Below, one piece after another: positions 1-10,469 of a DNA stretch of 64,000 bases (positions are counted from its first letter, which is position 1; the number at the start of each line of letters is the position of its first letter). The notes beneath the pieces were generated by a model. That model did not search any database. It was given only the letters and a program-made list of their open reading frames with translations, and was not told the origin of the DNA. This stretch comes from an uncultured Bdellovibrionales bacterium (GTDB taxonomy: Bacteria; Bdellovibrionota_C; UBA2361; CAIXSY01): contig CAZEAC010000006.1 in the NCBI GenBank assembly GCA_964510065.1, positions 6,748-70,747 on the forward strand. Reading direction: 5' to 3'. The position numbers and the translations under genes are program-made.

Positions 1-451
1 CCCCCTTTATTTTCTGGAGCTGGGTCAAATCACTATTTCCGATAATACGAAGAAGTTCGACCTTTTCCACCGAAGAAATTATATCCGACGCCGTTTTGGC
101 GCCAATGCCTGAGACTTTTAACAGAAGCCTAAACACCTGGCGCTCAAGCTCATCGGCAAAACCGTACAGCCGAATTGCGTCTTCGCGAACGTCAGTATGC
201 ACGACGACGACAAGCTCCGAGTCCGCCTCAATTCTTGAGATAAGAGCAGTGGAGCATTGCACTTCGTAGCCGACGCCATGTACCTCGATACAGGCCATCG
301 ACCCGAAGCAGCCACGGACCCGCCCACGAAGAAGAGAAATCATGAAGTCAGGGTATACCACGCCTTTCATCGAACGAGCAAAGGGAAGGTAATGGCCAAC
401 ACTCAGCTCTCTGTTCAAGCGCCCTCCAAGACTGATATTGTGTAGCCCATT

Positions 452-2836
452 ATGCCGCGCAAAGCCCCAGTCCCTGGTCGAAAACGGTCATCATCGCCTG
501 GATGTTTGCGAAAGATAATTATTCTTTCTGTGCTCGCGGGTGTCGTGGCCACGGTTGGTACCTATCTTTATGTCGATCGCCAGATCGTGTCACGGCTGGT
601 GTATCATAGACTCTCAGGCGCTCCGGTCATTCTCACCGATGCATGGCGCGTTCCCCATGAGAAAATTGTGAGCCGTGAGCAGATGCTTATTGAGCTAAAC
701 TCACGGAGCTACCGCGAGGTCGCAGGAGAGCCATCCAACCCCGGAGAATACCGTCTCGAAGCCGGCAAAATAACCGTCCACACTCGAGAGTTTATCGCGG
801 CAGACGGCGCGACCGTACCAGCTACCATTTCGATGCTCCTCGAGACTGAGCAGGGCTTTCGTGTCGATACCCAGAGCGGACTTTCGCTCGAACCTGAGGT
901 GCTATCGTATCTTGGCGCCGGCGACGTGCGCGCGTCACGTTACCGCTCGCTTCGTGAAATTCCTTCACAGCTTTCTAACGCAGTGATCGCCGTTGAAGAT
1001 GAGAGATTCTTTCATCATTGGGGAATCGATCTCATCGGAATTGCCCGGGCGTTATTAGTCAATCTTCGCGCCGGAAAGATTGTGCAGGGCGGAAGCACAT
1101 TGACTCAGCAGCTTGCTAAAAATCTGCTCTTTACTCCGCAGCGGACTCTCGGCAGAAAAATACTCGAGGCGTTCGCCGCGATTAGTCTAGAAAATCGATA
1201 TACTAAAGAAGAGATTCTCGAACTGTATCTGAATGATGTTTATCTGGGACAGGAAGGCGCCGTCGCGATCCATGGGATGAGTGAGGCGGCACGCGCCTTT
1301 TTTGGCAAAGACCTCAAGGAGCTTGAACTCGGCGAATTGACTATGCTTGCCGCGATTATTCGAGCGCCATCGTATTATTCGCCACGCAAGAATCTCGAGC
1401 GAGCGGTTTCCCGACGCGACACCGTGCTCGACAAAATGCTCGAGCTTAAAATGATAAATCAGCGCGAGCTCAGCCGAGCAAAGGTTGAACGTGTTCGGGT
1501 GAGCACAAAAAATCTTGAACGCGCTCGCATGAGCGCGCATTTTGTCGCTGCGGTTTCACAACAGCTCGGAGATTATTTTAATGTCGATGCCGCGCTTCGT
1601 TCGGGACTGACGGTATACACCGGTATCCAGCGCGAGATGCAGCGCTGCGCGGAGGACGCCGTGCATTCCGGGCTCGAAAAACTGGAAAAGGAGCTGCCCT
1701 CACTCAAACGACAAGAGCAGCCGCTTGAAGCAGCACTCCTTGCGATCGAGCCGTTTAGTGGCAAGATTCGCGCATGGGTTGGTGGTCGAAATTATGGCGA
1801 TAATCAATTCGATCACGTGATGCAGGCCAAGCGTCAGATCGGATCAACTATTAAACCTTTTCTGTACCTCACAGCGCTTGACGCTGGTCTTAATACCTAT
1901 CGCCCGGCAACTGCTCTGACCATATTACCCGACGAGCCGCTCAAATTTGACCTCGCCGGACACTCCGCATGGGAGCCGGAAAATTATGATCACAAATTCA
2001 GGGGTGACGTCACGCTTCGTTACGCACTTGAGCAATCACTTAATATGCCAGCGGCATACCTTGCAACAAGAGTCGGACTTCGCGCATTCGCCGATGTGCT
2101 TACACGCTTCCACGTAAGTGAGCACCCACAACAAGTCCCCGCACTGGCGCTCGGCGCCACCGATACGACACTGTATAATCTCACCTCGGCATATGCGGCG
2201 CTGGCAAATGGCGGTACGGCAGTGTCCACGCGCCCTTTTCTCTCAGCCCGAGATTCCGAAAATAACGCGCTGGCAGTCACTTCAATCAAGGAGGAGCGCA
2301 TTGCCGACGAAAACGCAGTTTTCGTACTGAGCAATATTCTTCAGGGCGTCATCGAGCGTGGAACGGCACGCGGACTTCGCTCCGCTGGTTACACCGCGCA
2401 AGTAGCAGGAAAGACCGGAACATCCAATGAGACCCGGGATGCCTGGTTTATTGGTTTTCACCCCGGACTGGTGGCCGGGGTGTGGGTTGGTTATGACGAC
2501 AATGACAAAACCGGCCTTACTGGAGGTCGAGGAGCAGTGCCGATTTGGGCGTCCTTTATGAATTGTGCGGCGAAAATTCGCGAGCCAGTGGCGTTCGTAC
2601 AGCCGCCGGGGGTCGCAATTGCCTCAATTGACCGCGAAAGCTTCGGACTTGCTACCCCAGAATGTCCCGATGAATCGGTTATCCGCGAGTACTTTGTTCA
2701 TGGCACTGAGCCGACAAGATACTGCTCACTACATGGCGGAAGATATGCTCCCGAAGAGCGATCACCCAAGGACCGATTTGAACCCGCGCCGACCCGTTCG
2801 CGGCGTAGTGTTTGGGATATCTTGTTGGGTAGGTAA
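452..2836 (+). CDS. mrcA: Class A penicillin-binding protein (PBP1A-type bifunctional glycosyltransferase/transpeptidase)
   Basis: 794-aa ORF with an N-terminal TM segment. Carries GT51 motifs (EDERFFHHWGID, QGGSTLTQQLAKN) and transpeptidase motifs (STIKP, KTGT). Confidence 0.85.
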   Translation: MPRKAPVPGRKRSSSPGCLRKIIILSVLAGVVATVGTYLYVDRQIVSRLVYHRLSGAPVILTDAWRVPHEKIVSREQMLIELNSRSYREVAGEPSNPGEYRLEAGKITVHTREFIAADGATVPATISMLLETEQGFRVDTQSGLSLEPEVLSYLGAGDVRASRYRSLREIPSQLSNAVIAVEDERFFHHWGIDLIGIARALLVNLRAGKIVQGGSTLTQQLAKNLLFTPQRTLGRKILEAFAAISLENRYTKEEILELYLNDVYLGQEGAVAIHGMSEAARAFFGKDLKELELGELTMLAAIIRAPSYYSPRKNLERAVSRRDTVLDKMLELKMINQRELSRAKVERVRVSTKNLERARMSAHFVAAVSQQLGDYFNVDAALRSGLTVYTGIQREMQRCAEDAVHSGLEKLEKELPSLKRQEQPLEAALLAIEPFSGKIRAWVGGRNYGDNQFDHVMQAKRQIGSTIKPFLYLTALDAGLNTYRPATALTILPDEPLKFDLAGHSAWEPENYDHKFRGDVTLRYALEQSLNMPAAYLATRVGLRAFADVLTRFHVSEHPQQVPALALGATDTTLYNLTSAYAALANGGTAVSTRPFLSARDSENNALAVTSIKEERIADENAVFVLSNILQGVIERGTARGLRSAGYTAQVAGKTGTSNETRDAWFIGFHPGLVAGVWVGYDDNDKTGLTGGRGAVPIWASFMNCAAKIREPVAFVQPPGVAIASIDRESFGLATPECPDESVIREYFVHGTEPTRYCSLHGGRYAPEERSPKDRFEPAPTRSRRSVWDILLGR

Positions 2837-3013
2837 CTTGTGAGCATCTGTTATAAAGCCGCGAAATAAGGCTAACTCGCAAGTTTCACCGGGCTTCTGC
2901 TACCTTAGCCGATGCCAAGATTTACGGATTAATATTCTCTAATTGAATTTCCGCGCGAGTTGTGGCGTCATATACTATCAATATTGCTAGGCATATATTC
3001 TTCTGGAAAAGTT

Positions 3014-4537
3014 ATGTTGAGATCATCAAGAAATTACCGTCGTCAATTTGGCTGCATTTCCACGCTACGAACTGTTCCTTTGGCAGCTCCTCCGCTCATG
3101 CTTCTTGCCTCCATACTAGTTGCAACCGTGCTATTTGCCGGTGCGTTATTTGCGGCAGTTCCATCGCAGGCCGAAGACGATGGCATAGCGCGAGCAAACG
3201 AGCTTTCGCAGGCCTTCGCAAAGGTTGCCGATAAGATTACCCCATCCGTAGTAAGCGTGATGTCGGTGACCAAGTCCAAAGTTCCGCAGGGCAAACGCGG
3301 CGCCACGCCCGATCCTTTTTTTGAGCCTTACCGGGACTTTTTCGGCGATGATCTTTTCGAACATTTCTTTCAGGGCCGTCCCGAAGGCCGTGCGCAACAG
3401 GGCCTCGGCACCGGTGTGATTGTTGACAACGATGGCCACATTCTCACGAACAACCATGTCGTCGGCGACGCCGATGAAGTTACAGTTCGCCTGCAAAATG
3501 AAAAGACCTACAAAGCGAAAATTGTTGGAACCGACTCTCGCACTGATCTCGCGGTAATTCAGATAAAGGCGCCAGGGCTTGTGCCGGCGAAACTTGGCGA
3601 CTCCGATCAATTAAAGATCGGCGAGTGGGTTGTTGCGTCTGGAAATCCATTCGGCCTAAACAATTCAATCACCGCCGGTATCGTGAGCGCGAAGGGCCGG
3701 AGCTTCATGGGCGGCGGCCAGTACGAAGATTTCATTCAGACTGATGCGGCGATTAACCCGGGGAACAGCGGCGGACCACTTGTTGATCTGCATGGCGATG
3801 TTATCGGGATTAACACTGCAATATTTTCAAGAAGCGGTGGATACATGGGAATTGGGTTCGCAATTCCAATTAATATGGCGCGGAATGTGCTCCGAAGTCT
3901 CATCGACAAGGGTAAGGTGGTTCGCGGCTGGCTTGGTGTCGGCATTCAGAATCTTTCCGAAGATCTTTCGCAGTCGTTTAATTATGAAAGCACCGACGGC
4001 GCGCTCGTGGGTCAAATTGAGCCAAAAGGACCTGCGGCAAAGGCCAACTTACGTCAGGGAGATATTATAACCGCGATTAACGGCGAAAAAATACGGAATG
4101 TGAATCAGCTTCGCAATATGGTTGCCTCAATAGAACCGGGTACCAGCATTTCGATTGACCTCTATCGTGAGGGCCAGAAAGAGCAGCTTAAACTTCGTGT
4201 GGGTGAGCTTCCATCACAAGGCGAAGCCCAAGAAGAGCCTGAAGAATCAGGACTCGACCTCGGCATGAACGTAGAAAATCTCACGCCAGATCTCGGTCAA
4301 CAGCTCGGAAGCAAGAAAGGATCCGGAGTTGTCGTGACCCAGGTGCGCCCAGGAGGACTTGCTGAGTCAGCTGGCCTTCAACCGCGTGATATAATCGTCA
4401 GCATCAATGGCAAAGCGCTTAAAGGAGTGACTGAGTTTAATGAGAGCGTAACTGCATCAGCGCTTAAGAAGGGTCTTCGCCTTGTTGTTGAGACACAGGG
4501 CATGGAACGCTTTGTGTTTTTACGTTCAGACGAGTGA
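3014..4537 (+). CDS. htrA: HtrA/DegP-family periplasmic serine endoprotease with PDZ domains
   Basis: Trypsin-like catalytic region (HVVGDAD...TDLAV...GNSGGPL), two C-terminal PDZ-like segments and a hydrophobic N-terminus. The start was chosen at an in-frame ATG downstream of the TTG that opens the ORF, so it is uncertain. Confidence 0.85.
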   Translation: MLRSSRNYRRQFGCISTLRTVPLAAPPLMLLASILVATVLFAGALFAAVPSQAEDDGIARANELSQAFAKVADKITPSVVSVMSVTKSKVPQGKRGATPDPFFEPYRDFFGDDLFEHFFQGRPEGRAQQGLGTGVIVDNDGHILTNNHVVGDADEVTVRLQNEKTYKAKIVGTDSRTDLAVIQIKAPGLVPAKLGDSDQLKIGEWVVASGNPFGLNNSITAGIVSAKGRSFMGGGQYEDFIQTDAAINPGNSGGPLVDLHGDVIGINTAIFSRSGGYMGIGFAIPINMARNVLRSLIDKGKVVRGWLGVGIQNLSEDLSQSFNYESTDGALVGQIEPKGPAAKANLRQGDIITAINGEKIRNVNQLRNMVASIEPGTSISIDLYREGQKEQLKLRVGELPSQGEAQEEPEESGLDLGMNVENLTPDLGQQLGSKKGSGVVVTQVRPGGLAESAGLQPRDIIVSINGKALKGVTEFNESVTASALKKGLRLVVETQGMERFVFLRSDE

Positions 4538-4558
4538 TTCGATAGCGTGGAGCAATTC

Positions 4559-4605
4559 TGGACTTCTCATAGCTTTCCGAAGCGCAAACCCGTGAGAAGT
4601 CCAGG
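4559..4605. terminator. Inverted repeat (12-bp stem ctggacttctca/tgagaagtccag, 23-nt loop) between convergent htrA and a small ORF
   Basis: Read directly from the sequence. No clear T-tract follows, so a terminator role is uncertain. Confidence 0.3.
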
Positions 4606-4610
4606 CTAGG

Positions 4611-4847
4611 TCAGTGTGACGCGAACCACTGTCCGAGGAGCAGCACCCCATACGACAGTGAGAAAAGTGAACTAAAAATACAAAATGCGACAAATACTGG
4701 CTGGGTACGATACTCATCTCGCACTGACTGCATTGCCGCATTGAGCGCTCTTGCCAGAAAATGAAGGGTAAAAAAACAAATAATTAGTGCTGAGATAGCC
4801 CCTGAAACGATGGCGCAGTAGCGAAGCCCCAGAAAGAAATTATTCAT
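4611..4847 (-). CDS. Small hypothetical membrane protein (two predicted TM helices)
   Basis: 78-aa ORF with two hydrophobic stretches lying between htrA and ppa. No recognisable motif. Confidence 0.3.
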   Translation of the reverse strand: MNNFFLGLRYCAIVSGAISALIICFFTLHFLARALNAAMQSVRDEYRTQPVFVAFCIFSSLFSLSYGVLLLGQWFASH

Positions 4848-4892
4848 AATAAAACCAACACATTAGCGCAAAGTGCTGCGCGTTACGCTCTC

Positions 4893-5528
4893 TTATCGGG
4901 AACTACTGGCATTTTGCTCCAGCAGCCGGGAGTAGTCACTCTGGCTCTCTTGAATCACCTTGCGCGCCTCAGCAGCACCATAGACCTCAGGAATTTCGAC
5001 CTTTTTCCCAGCATCGCCTGGCATGTCCTTATAGGTAAGAAAATAGTGTCGCAGCCGGGTCACCACAGCATCGGGACACTGCTCAATCGAACGCCACGCC
5101 CCATACACCGGGTCATCTTTCAGCACAGCAAGAACCTTATCGTCGGCGAGCGCCGCATCAATCATTCGAAAGCCGCCTATCGGAACAGCCTCAAGCAAAA
5201 TATCTCCGTGCGGGATACTTCGCTCGGTAAGCACACAGATATCAAGCGGATCGCCATCGCCGTCAATGCCAGTTCGCTTTGTCGCACTGCAACAAAGCTG
5301 CCCTACTCCCTTTCCGCAGTAGGTCTGCGGAATAAAGCCATAGAGCGTGGGGCACTGATTTGAGTAACGCTGCGGTCTATCGACCCGAAGGTGCCCAGTG
5401 GCTTTATCAATTTCATATTTAACCGTGTCTGTCGGAACGATTTCGATATACGCATTGACTAAGTTTGGCGCATCTACCCCGGCCGACACTCCATGCCAGG
5501 GATGCGCTTTGGAAAGCGGGAAACTCAT
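4893..5528 (-). CDS. ppa: Inorganic pyrophosphatase, family I
   Basis: Carries YIEIVPTDTVKYEIDKATGHLRVDRP and DGDPLDICVL, which are family I PPase signatures. Its start overlaps the map stop in an ATGA arrangement. Confidence 0.85.
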   Translation of the reverse strand: MSFPLSKAHPWHGVSAGVDAPNLVNAYIEIVPTDTVKYEIDKATGHLRVDRPQRYSNQCPTLYGFIPQTYCGKGVGQLCCSATKRTGIDGDGDPLDICVLTERSIPHGDILLEAVPIGGFRMIDAALADDKVLAVLKDDPVYGAWRSIEQCPDAVVTRLRHYFLTYKDMPGDAGKKVEIPEVYGAAEARKVIQESQSDYSRLLEQNASSSR

Positions 5529-6283
5529 GCCTGCGCACTCCTTCCGTATTTCGGGCTCATGGTAAGAATTTCATATCCAGTTTTGGTGACCAACACGGTA
5601 TGCTCCCACTGTGCCGAAAGCGCCCCGTCCGCCGTGCGTACCGTCCACCCGTCTACCTTTGAAAGTACCGTGCGCGCGGTGCCGATGTTAATCATCGGCT
5701 CGATCGTGAACGTCATTCCAGGCGCCATTTCATCGCCGTATCCACGCTTGCCTATGTGCAGCACCTGCGGTGGCTCGTGAAACTCACGACCAAGTCCATG
5801 CCCAGTATATTCGCGAACGATGCCGTAATTCTTGCCGGTCTTTTTTATAAATTCTTGAATCGCCGCACCAATGTCGCCAAAATGTTTTCCGGGCGCGACC
5901 TCTTCAATTCCCACATAAAGTGCCTGCTCTGTAATCTTCACGAGCGTCACGGCTTCATCACTACAAGCTTCACGGCCACCGACATAATACATTCGGCTCG
6001 AGTCACCGTGGTAACCCTCGAAAATGCTTGTCACATCTACATTGATAATATCGCCAGCTTTCAAAACTTCGTACGGACTCGGTACGCCGTGACACACAAC
6101 ATCGTTGATTGACGTGCACACCGACTTAGTAAAACCTTTATAATTAAGTGGTGCGGGCAAAGCTCCTTGCGCAACAGTTTTCTTATGCACGAAGTCATTT
6201 ATCTCTTCAGTGCTCACGCCAGGCTTAATAAGCTCCTCTACTTGATCAAGAATTTCAGCCGTCAGCTGACACGCCTTGCGCAT
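5525..6283 (-). CDS. map: Methionine aminopeptidase type I
   Basis: MetAP fold motifs are present (HGVPSPYEVLKAGDIINVDV, GHGLGREFHEPPQVLH, TFTIEPMIN). The ORF extends to 6394, but the real start is more likely the internal Met (MRKACQ...), which avoids overlap with the upstream EVE gene. Confidence 0.85.
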   Translation of the reverse strand: MRKACQLTAEILDQVEELIKPGVSTEEINDFVHKKTVAQGALPAPLNYKGFTKSVCTSINDVVCHGVPSPYEVLKAGDIINVDVTSIFEGYHGDSSRMYYVGGREACSDEAVTLVKITEQALYVGIEEVAPGKHFGDIGAAIQEFIKKTGKNYGIVREYTGHGLGREFHEPPQVLHIGKRGYGDEMAPGMTFTIEPMINIGTARTVLSKVDGWTVRTADGALSAQWEHTVLVTKTGYEILTMSPKYGRSAQA

Positions 6284-6321
6284 GCTCTCAATCTCTTTCG
6301 GCCGTTTCTTTGGGATCTGAT

Positions 6322-6834
6322 TCACGCGTCTCCTCTTACCGCAAACGCCCTTTCGGCCTCTACCTGTTTTCTTCCACTTGGCCGCGAGGCGCATTCAAGT
6401 AGTATTGAAAAGTGTTTCTGGCTTAGCGGCTGCACGCTCAGCCGGCTTCCTTTCTGCAAAAGAAGCATTCCGTCAAGGCCTTTGAGTTTCTTTATCTCTT
6501 TAAGATCAAGAAGCTCGGCAAACTGCCGCACAAACTTAATATCGGGACAAACCCAGCGCGGATCGCTTTTCGTCGACTTAGGATCGTAATATTCAGAGTT
6601 TTTTTCAAATTGGCTCGGATCAGGATAGGCTTCACGCACAACCTCGGCAACTCCGACAACTCCGGCGGGGTCCTGACTTGAGTGATAGACTAACAGCTGA
6701 TCGCCAAGTTTCATCTCGCGCATAAAATTTCGTGCCTGATAGTTCCTCACCCCATGCCAATGCGTCACTTTATCACGCGCAAGATCTGTGATTGAGTAAT
6801 GATCTGGTTCAGTTTTGACAAGCCAGTAACGCAT
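6322..6834 (-). CDS. EVE (PUA-like) domain protein
   Basis: MRYWLVKTEPDHYSITDL...THWHGVRNYQARNFMREMKLGDQLLVYHS is typical of EVE/YTH-like PUA domain proteins. Confidence 0.7.
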   Translation of the reverse strand: MRYWLVKTEPDHYSITDLARDKVTHWHGVRNYQARNFMREMKLGDQLLVYHSSQDPAGVVGVAEVVREAYPDPSQFEKNSEYYDPKSTKSDPRWVCPDIKFVRQFAELLDLKEIKKLKGLDGMLLLQKGSRLSVQPLSQKHFSILLECASRPSGRKQVEAERAFAVRGDA

Positions 6835-6893
6835 AAGTAGGCTACCCACTTATACAGTGTAGTATTGTTCCAGAGCAATCGCTGGCTTCACCC

Positions 6894-7550
6894 ATGAGCT
6901 TTAAATCACATTTTACGGATAAATTTGGCTTTTGTTGCCAAAACTTTCACTCTGAAAGCGCTCTTCCAGAGCTCACGGCGGAAGAACAGGCAATACTCTC
7001 GCCGGCAGCCTCACCCAAAAGACGTCGCGAGTTTGCCTTTGGACGCCATGTCGCTCGCGAGGCGCTCCGCGCTGTCGGCTACAATCCAGCGCCTGCAGTG
7101 CTTCGTGGCACTGCACGGGAGCCGGCATGGCCACCCGGTGTCGTCGGATCGCTTAGCCACTGCGATGGAGCAGCAGCGGCGCTTGTGACAAAGGAACCAA
7201 GTATCCTCGCTATAGGAATCGATCTCGAGAGGCTCTCCGATCGGAGGAGCGATATAAGTGCTCATATTGCCGGCACCGACGAACTGGCCTGGATAAATAG
7301 CGCTGCTGAGCGCGCGCAGTCGACACTGCTGCTCTTTTCCGCAAAAGAGAGTTTCTATAAAGCTACCTACCCAATTACCGGAAAGTATCTTGGATTCAAG
7401 GATGTACGGATTGTTCCAGATGCCTCACTGCTCGTAGGCGAGCTTCTTGTTGACCTCACGCCGCATTTTGAGCACGGATACCGCTTTCATGTTCGATATG
7501 CATGGGAGGAGGCACTGCTCATGACCTGGATTATCCTGGAGCGCGCCTAA
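6894..7550 (+). CDS. 4'-phosphopantetheinyl transferase (Sfp/EntD type)
   Basis: Carries GVVGSLSHCDGAAAALV, GIDLERL and FSAKESFYKA (the W/FxxKES motif). No carrier-protein, NRPS or PKS gene lies adjacent. Confidence 0.7.
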   Translation: MSFKSHFTDKFGFCCQNFHSESALPELTAEEQAILSPAASPKRRREFAFGRHVAREALRAVGYNPAPAVLRGTAREPAWPPGVVGSLSHCDGAAAALVTKEPSILAIGIDLERLSDRRSDISAHIAGTDELAWINSAAERAQSTLLLFSAKESFYKATYPITGKYLGFKDVRIVPDASLLVGELLVDLTPHFEHGYRFHVRYAWEEALLMTWIILERA

Positions 7551-7631
7551 AAAAAACCACTCCATAGGAGACTAAATCCGCTGTTGCCCTTATTAATGGG
7601 CATACTATACATTGGCTCCGAGTAGATATCC

Positions 7632-7949
7632 ATGAAACCGTACTTCTTATTTTTTGCCGTTGCCTTCGCGCTTTGTGCTCGCGCATACAGTGAAGAATCG
7701 AGTGCCGATACTTTCTGGCGCGATCTTTCACGATGCAGCAAAGACAGTGATTGCGTAAGCGCGGTAGTTGCATGGCCCGCCTGTAATCATGAGTGCGGGA
7801 AATACAAACACGAACGTTGTGACAGCTCGGTTCGCGTATGCCCGGCAATGAATACCACGACTCAAATTCTTGCCGATTGCGCAATGAACGCTCCGTGTCG
7901 TCCTCCTAAAAGGATCTGGTGTGACTCAGGAAGCTGCAAGAGTGAGTAA
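7632..7949 (+). CDS. Small secreted cysteine-rich protein (12 Cys in about 85 mature residues)
   Basis: Signal peptide MKPYFLFFAVAFALCARAYS followed by a Cys-dense mature region. No known family recognised. Confidence 0.4.
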   Translation: MKPYFLFFAVAFALCARAYSEESSADTFWRDLSRCSKDSDCVSAVVAWPACNHECGKYKHERCDSSVRVCPAMNTTTQILADCAMNAPCRPPKRIWCDSGSCKSE

Positions 7950-8631
7950 CTCGCTTGAGATGGGCGGCGCAGATTCTCCTGCCGCGACAAGTACGTGGAG
8001 AGACCAGCTCAAGAAACGTCACAAATTTAGACGTCCCTTTAAAATTTTCTGCAACGTCGTCGGAATCTCCGGATTTTTCCCTCTCTATTTCTGGGTCTTG
8101 AGAAATCCACTTGGACCAGTAACGGCAATGCCGGTTACCGCATTCGATCGTTTTTTCGACTTTTGCCCCCAAGCCTTGCCATTGTATTTGTCGCTTTGGG
8201 TATATATTGCAATACCTCCGGCACTGCTGAATCAGGTTAGGACGCTGTATTCTTATCTTTTCGCCGAGGTAGTAATAAGCGTCGTGGGCCTCACGATTTT
8301 CCTGTTCTGGCCCTCTGCAGCCTCATGGCCCACGCATGCGTGGGCCGAGTATCCCACAGTTGATTTTATCAAATCGCTAGACGCTCCCGGCAACGCCTGC
8401 CCCTCACTTCATGCGGCTTACGCGATTTTTTCAGTCATTTGGCTTGATCGGATCTTACGACGTGTCGACGCGCCAAAACTACTGCTGATCTTAAATTGGA
8501 TCTGGTGCCTTGGAATTATCTATTCAACCATCGCCGTCAGACAACATGTCATTGCCGATCTGATTGCCGGGGCCATTTTAGGAGCACTCACCGCGATCAT
8601 TCATATTCGCTGGTATAAAGCGGTGACGTAA
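7921..8631 (+). CDS. PAP2-superfamily membrane phosphatase
   Basis: Polytopic membrane protein with PSLHAAYA (PSGH-like) and RQHVIADLIAG (SRxxxxxHxxxD-like) motifs. The real start may be the internal Met near 7960. Confidence 0.55.
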   Translation: MTQEAARVSNSLEMGGADSPAATSTWRDQLKKRHKFRRPFKIFCNVVGISGFFPLYFWVLRNPLGPVTAMPVTAFDRFFDFCPQALPLYLSLWVYIAIPPALLNQVRTLYSYLFAEVVISVVGLTIFLFWPSAASWPTHAWAEYPTVDFIKSLDAPGNACPSLHAAYAIFSVIWLDRILRRVDAPKLLLILNWIWCLGIIYSTIAVRQHVIADLIAGAILGALTAIIHIRWYKAVT

Positions 8632-8703
8632 GTTTCTCAGCTTCGGCACCTTCGCGCATTATTCTGTAACTACTTTTTGGGAATCGGTAGCTTTTTCCGC
8701 TAC

Positions 8704-8814
8704 TCTGTGACCTTTGTGCCTCCGTGTCTCTGTGGTTTGGCTACTTTAAAAACCACAGAGACACGGAGGCCGCAGAGCTAGGGAAAGAATACCCGGGGTT
8801 AATGAGTAGCTAGC
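8704..8814. repeat. Dispersed palindromic repeat family A, copy 1 (perfect 21-bp stem gcctccgtgtctctgtggttt / aaaccacagagacacggaggc)
   Basis: Read directly from the sequence. Related copies occur at about 38800 and 52487, all sharing the core aaaaaccacagag...c.c.gag...cacagag. Confidence 0.8.
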
Positions 8815-8846
8815 CGAGTTCCTACGCATTCAGTACAATTTGGTTC

Positions 8847-10451
8847 ATGCAGATTGGCAGCGAAGCGCAGGTAAAATCGAAGGAGTATCGCGACAATTAT
8901 CATGAGAACAGCAAGCTAGTTCAGGCGCTTGAGAAGACGCGGAAGCTTGCATCTCCCGAGCATAAGGATCCATCGGTGAAGCGCCACACTCAACGTGGGA
9001 AGCTTCTTGCCCGCGACAGGGTCGAAGCGCTTCTCGACTCGGGTTCGCCGTTTCTCGAAATTGCTCCCTTTGCCGGGCTGAATCTTTACGAGGGAGTTCG
9101 TGCGGGAGCGGGAATCGTCTGCGGCATCGGTCGAGTAAGCGGTCGCGAGTGTATGATTGTCGCGAACGACGCTACCGTAAAAGGCGGAACCTATTTCCCA
9201 ATAACCGTAAAAAAGCATCTTCGTGCCCAGGAGATTGCTGCCGAAAATCGACTCCCCTGCGTATACTTAGTCGATTCCGGCGGCGCGTACCTTCCGCTTC
9301 AAGACGAGGTCTTTCCGGACCGTGAGCATTTCGGACGAATATTTTTCAATCAAGCGCGCATGAGCGCGGCGGGGATCGCTCAAATTGCCGTGGTGATGGG
9401 CTCGTGCACCGCGGGTGGGGCCTATGTCCCCGCAATGAGCGATCAAGCAGTGATCGTCGAAAAGCAGGGGACTATATTTTTAGGCGGCCCACCACTGGTG
9501 AAAGCTGCAACTGGCGAGGAGGTAAGCGCGGAGGATCTCGGTGGCGGCGAGGTGCATTCGACGATTAGCGGCGTAACGGATTACCTGGAGCGCGGCGATG
9601 CGGATGCATTGCTTCGGGCGCGAACTATTGTCTCGCAGCTTGGCCCGCACTACAAGGATCGTGCATTTCAAGTTGCGCCCGAAAAACCCGCGTTCTGTTC
9701 CGACGAACTTCTCGGGCTTATTCCTGGTTCGTCACGGCGCTATTTCCCCATGCGCGAAATTATAGGGCGGATTGTTGATGCCAGCGATTTTGAGGAATTT
9801 AAGGCGCGCTACGGCAAAACTCTCATTTGCGGCTTCGCGAAGATCGAAGGAATTACTGTCGGGATTCTTGCGAACGACGGAATTCTCTTCTCCGAGAGCG
9901 CGCTGAAAGGCGCTCATTTTATCCAGCTCTGCTGTCAACGGGACATCCCGCTTCTCTTTTTACAGAATATCACCGGCTTCATGGTCGGCAAGGAATACGA
10001 GCACCGCGGTATCGCGAAAGATGGCGCAAAACTTGTAAGCGCAGTCGCCTGTGCGGCAGTGCCTAAGATTACACTTATCGTTGGCGGATCGTTTGGCGCT
10101 GGGAATTACGGCATGTGTGGCCGGGCATATCAGCCACGCTTTCTCTATATGTGGCCTAATGCCAAGATCTCAGTCATGGGCCCCGAACAGGCCTCTTCGG
10201 TACTCGCGCAGGTTCGCGAGGACTCACTGCGATCGCAAGGGAAAAGAATCGACAAGAAAGAGCTTGAACGCTACCGCGCTAAGATTCAGAGTGATTACGA
10301 ATCACAGGCATCGGCGTGGTATGCAAGTGCGAGACTTTGGGATGACGGCATAATCGATCCGCGAGATAGTAGACGCATTATCGGACTCTCCCTTTCGGCC
10401 TGCTACAATGCGCCTAGCGCAAAAAGCAGCTTCGGAGTTTTCAGGATGTAA
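8847..10451 (+). CDS. mccB: 3-methylcrotonyl-CoA carboxylase beta subunit (carboxyltransferase)
   Basis: Long colinear similarity to MCCase beta (LDSGSPFLE...[39 protein letters not shown]...[10 protein letters not shown]...[16 protein letters not shown]...[21 protein letters not shown]). Confidence 0.8.
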   Translation: MQIGSEAQVKSKEYRDNYHENSKLVQALEKTRKLASPEHKDPSVKRHTQRGKLLARDRVEALLDSGSPFLEIAPFAGLNLYEGVRAGAGIVCGIGRVSGRECMIVANDATVKGGTYFPITVKKHLRAQEIAAENRLPCVYLVDSGGAYLPLQDEVFPDREHFGRIFFNQARMSAAGIAQIAVVMGSCTAGGAYVPAMSDQAVIVEKQGTIFLGGPPLVKAATGEEVSAEDLGGGEVHSTISGVTDYLERGDADALLRARTIVSQLGPHYKDRAFQVAPEKPAFCSDELLGLIPGSSRRYFPMREIIGRIVDASDFEEFKARYGKTLICGFAKIEGITVGILANDGILFSESALKGAHFIQLCCQRDIPLLFLQNITGFMVGKEYEHRGIAKDGAKLVSAVACAAVPKITLIVGGSFGAGNYGMCGRAYQPRFLYMWPNAKISVMGPEQASSVLAQVREDSLRSQGKRIDKKELERYRAKIQSDYESQASAWYASARLWDDGIIDPRDSRRIIGLSLSACYNAPSAKSSFGVFRM

Positions 10452-10469
10452 CTCTTCGGGCAACATACT

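Noticed and set aside
1187-2882. Multiple 60-120-aa ORFs on either strand inside the PBP1A gene (for example 1187..1540 -, 2020..2334 -, 2118..2330 +)
   Set aside because: They are fully nested in a well-supported long CDS with clear motifs, and their translations are low-complexity with no motifs. They are treated as spurious antisense or alternate-frame ORFs. The same reasoning was applied to nested ORFs throughout the window.
6322-6394. 72-bp overlap between the map ORF and the EVE-domain ORF
   Set aside because: It is resolved by using the internal Met (MRKACQ...) as the map start. The N-terminal 37 residues of the long ORF are K/R-rich and unlike MetAP.
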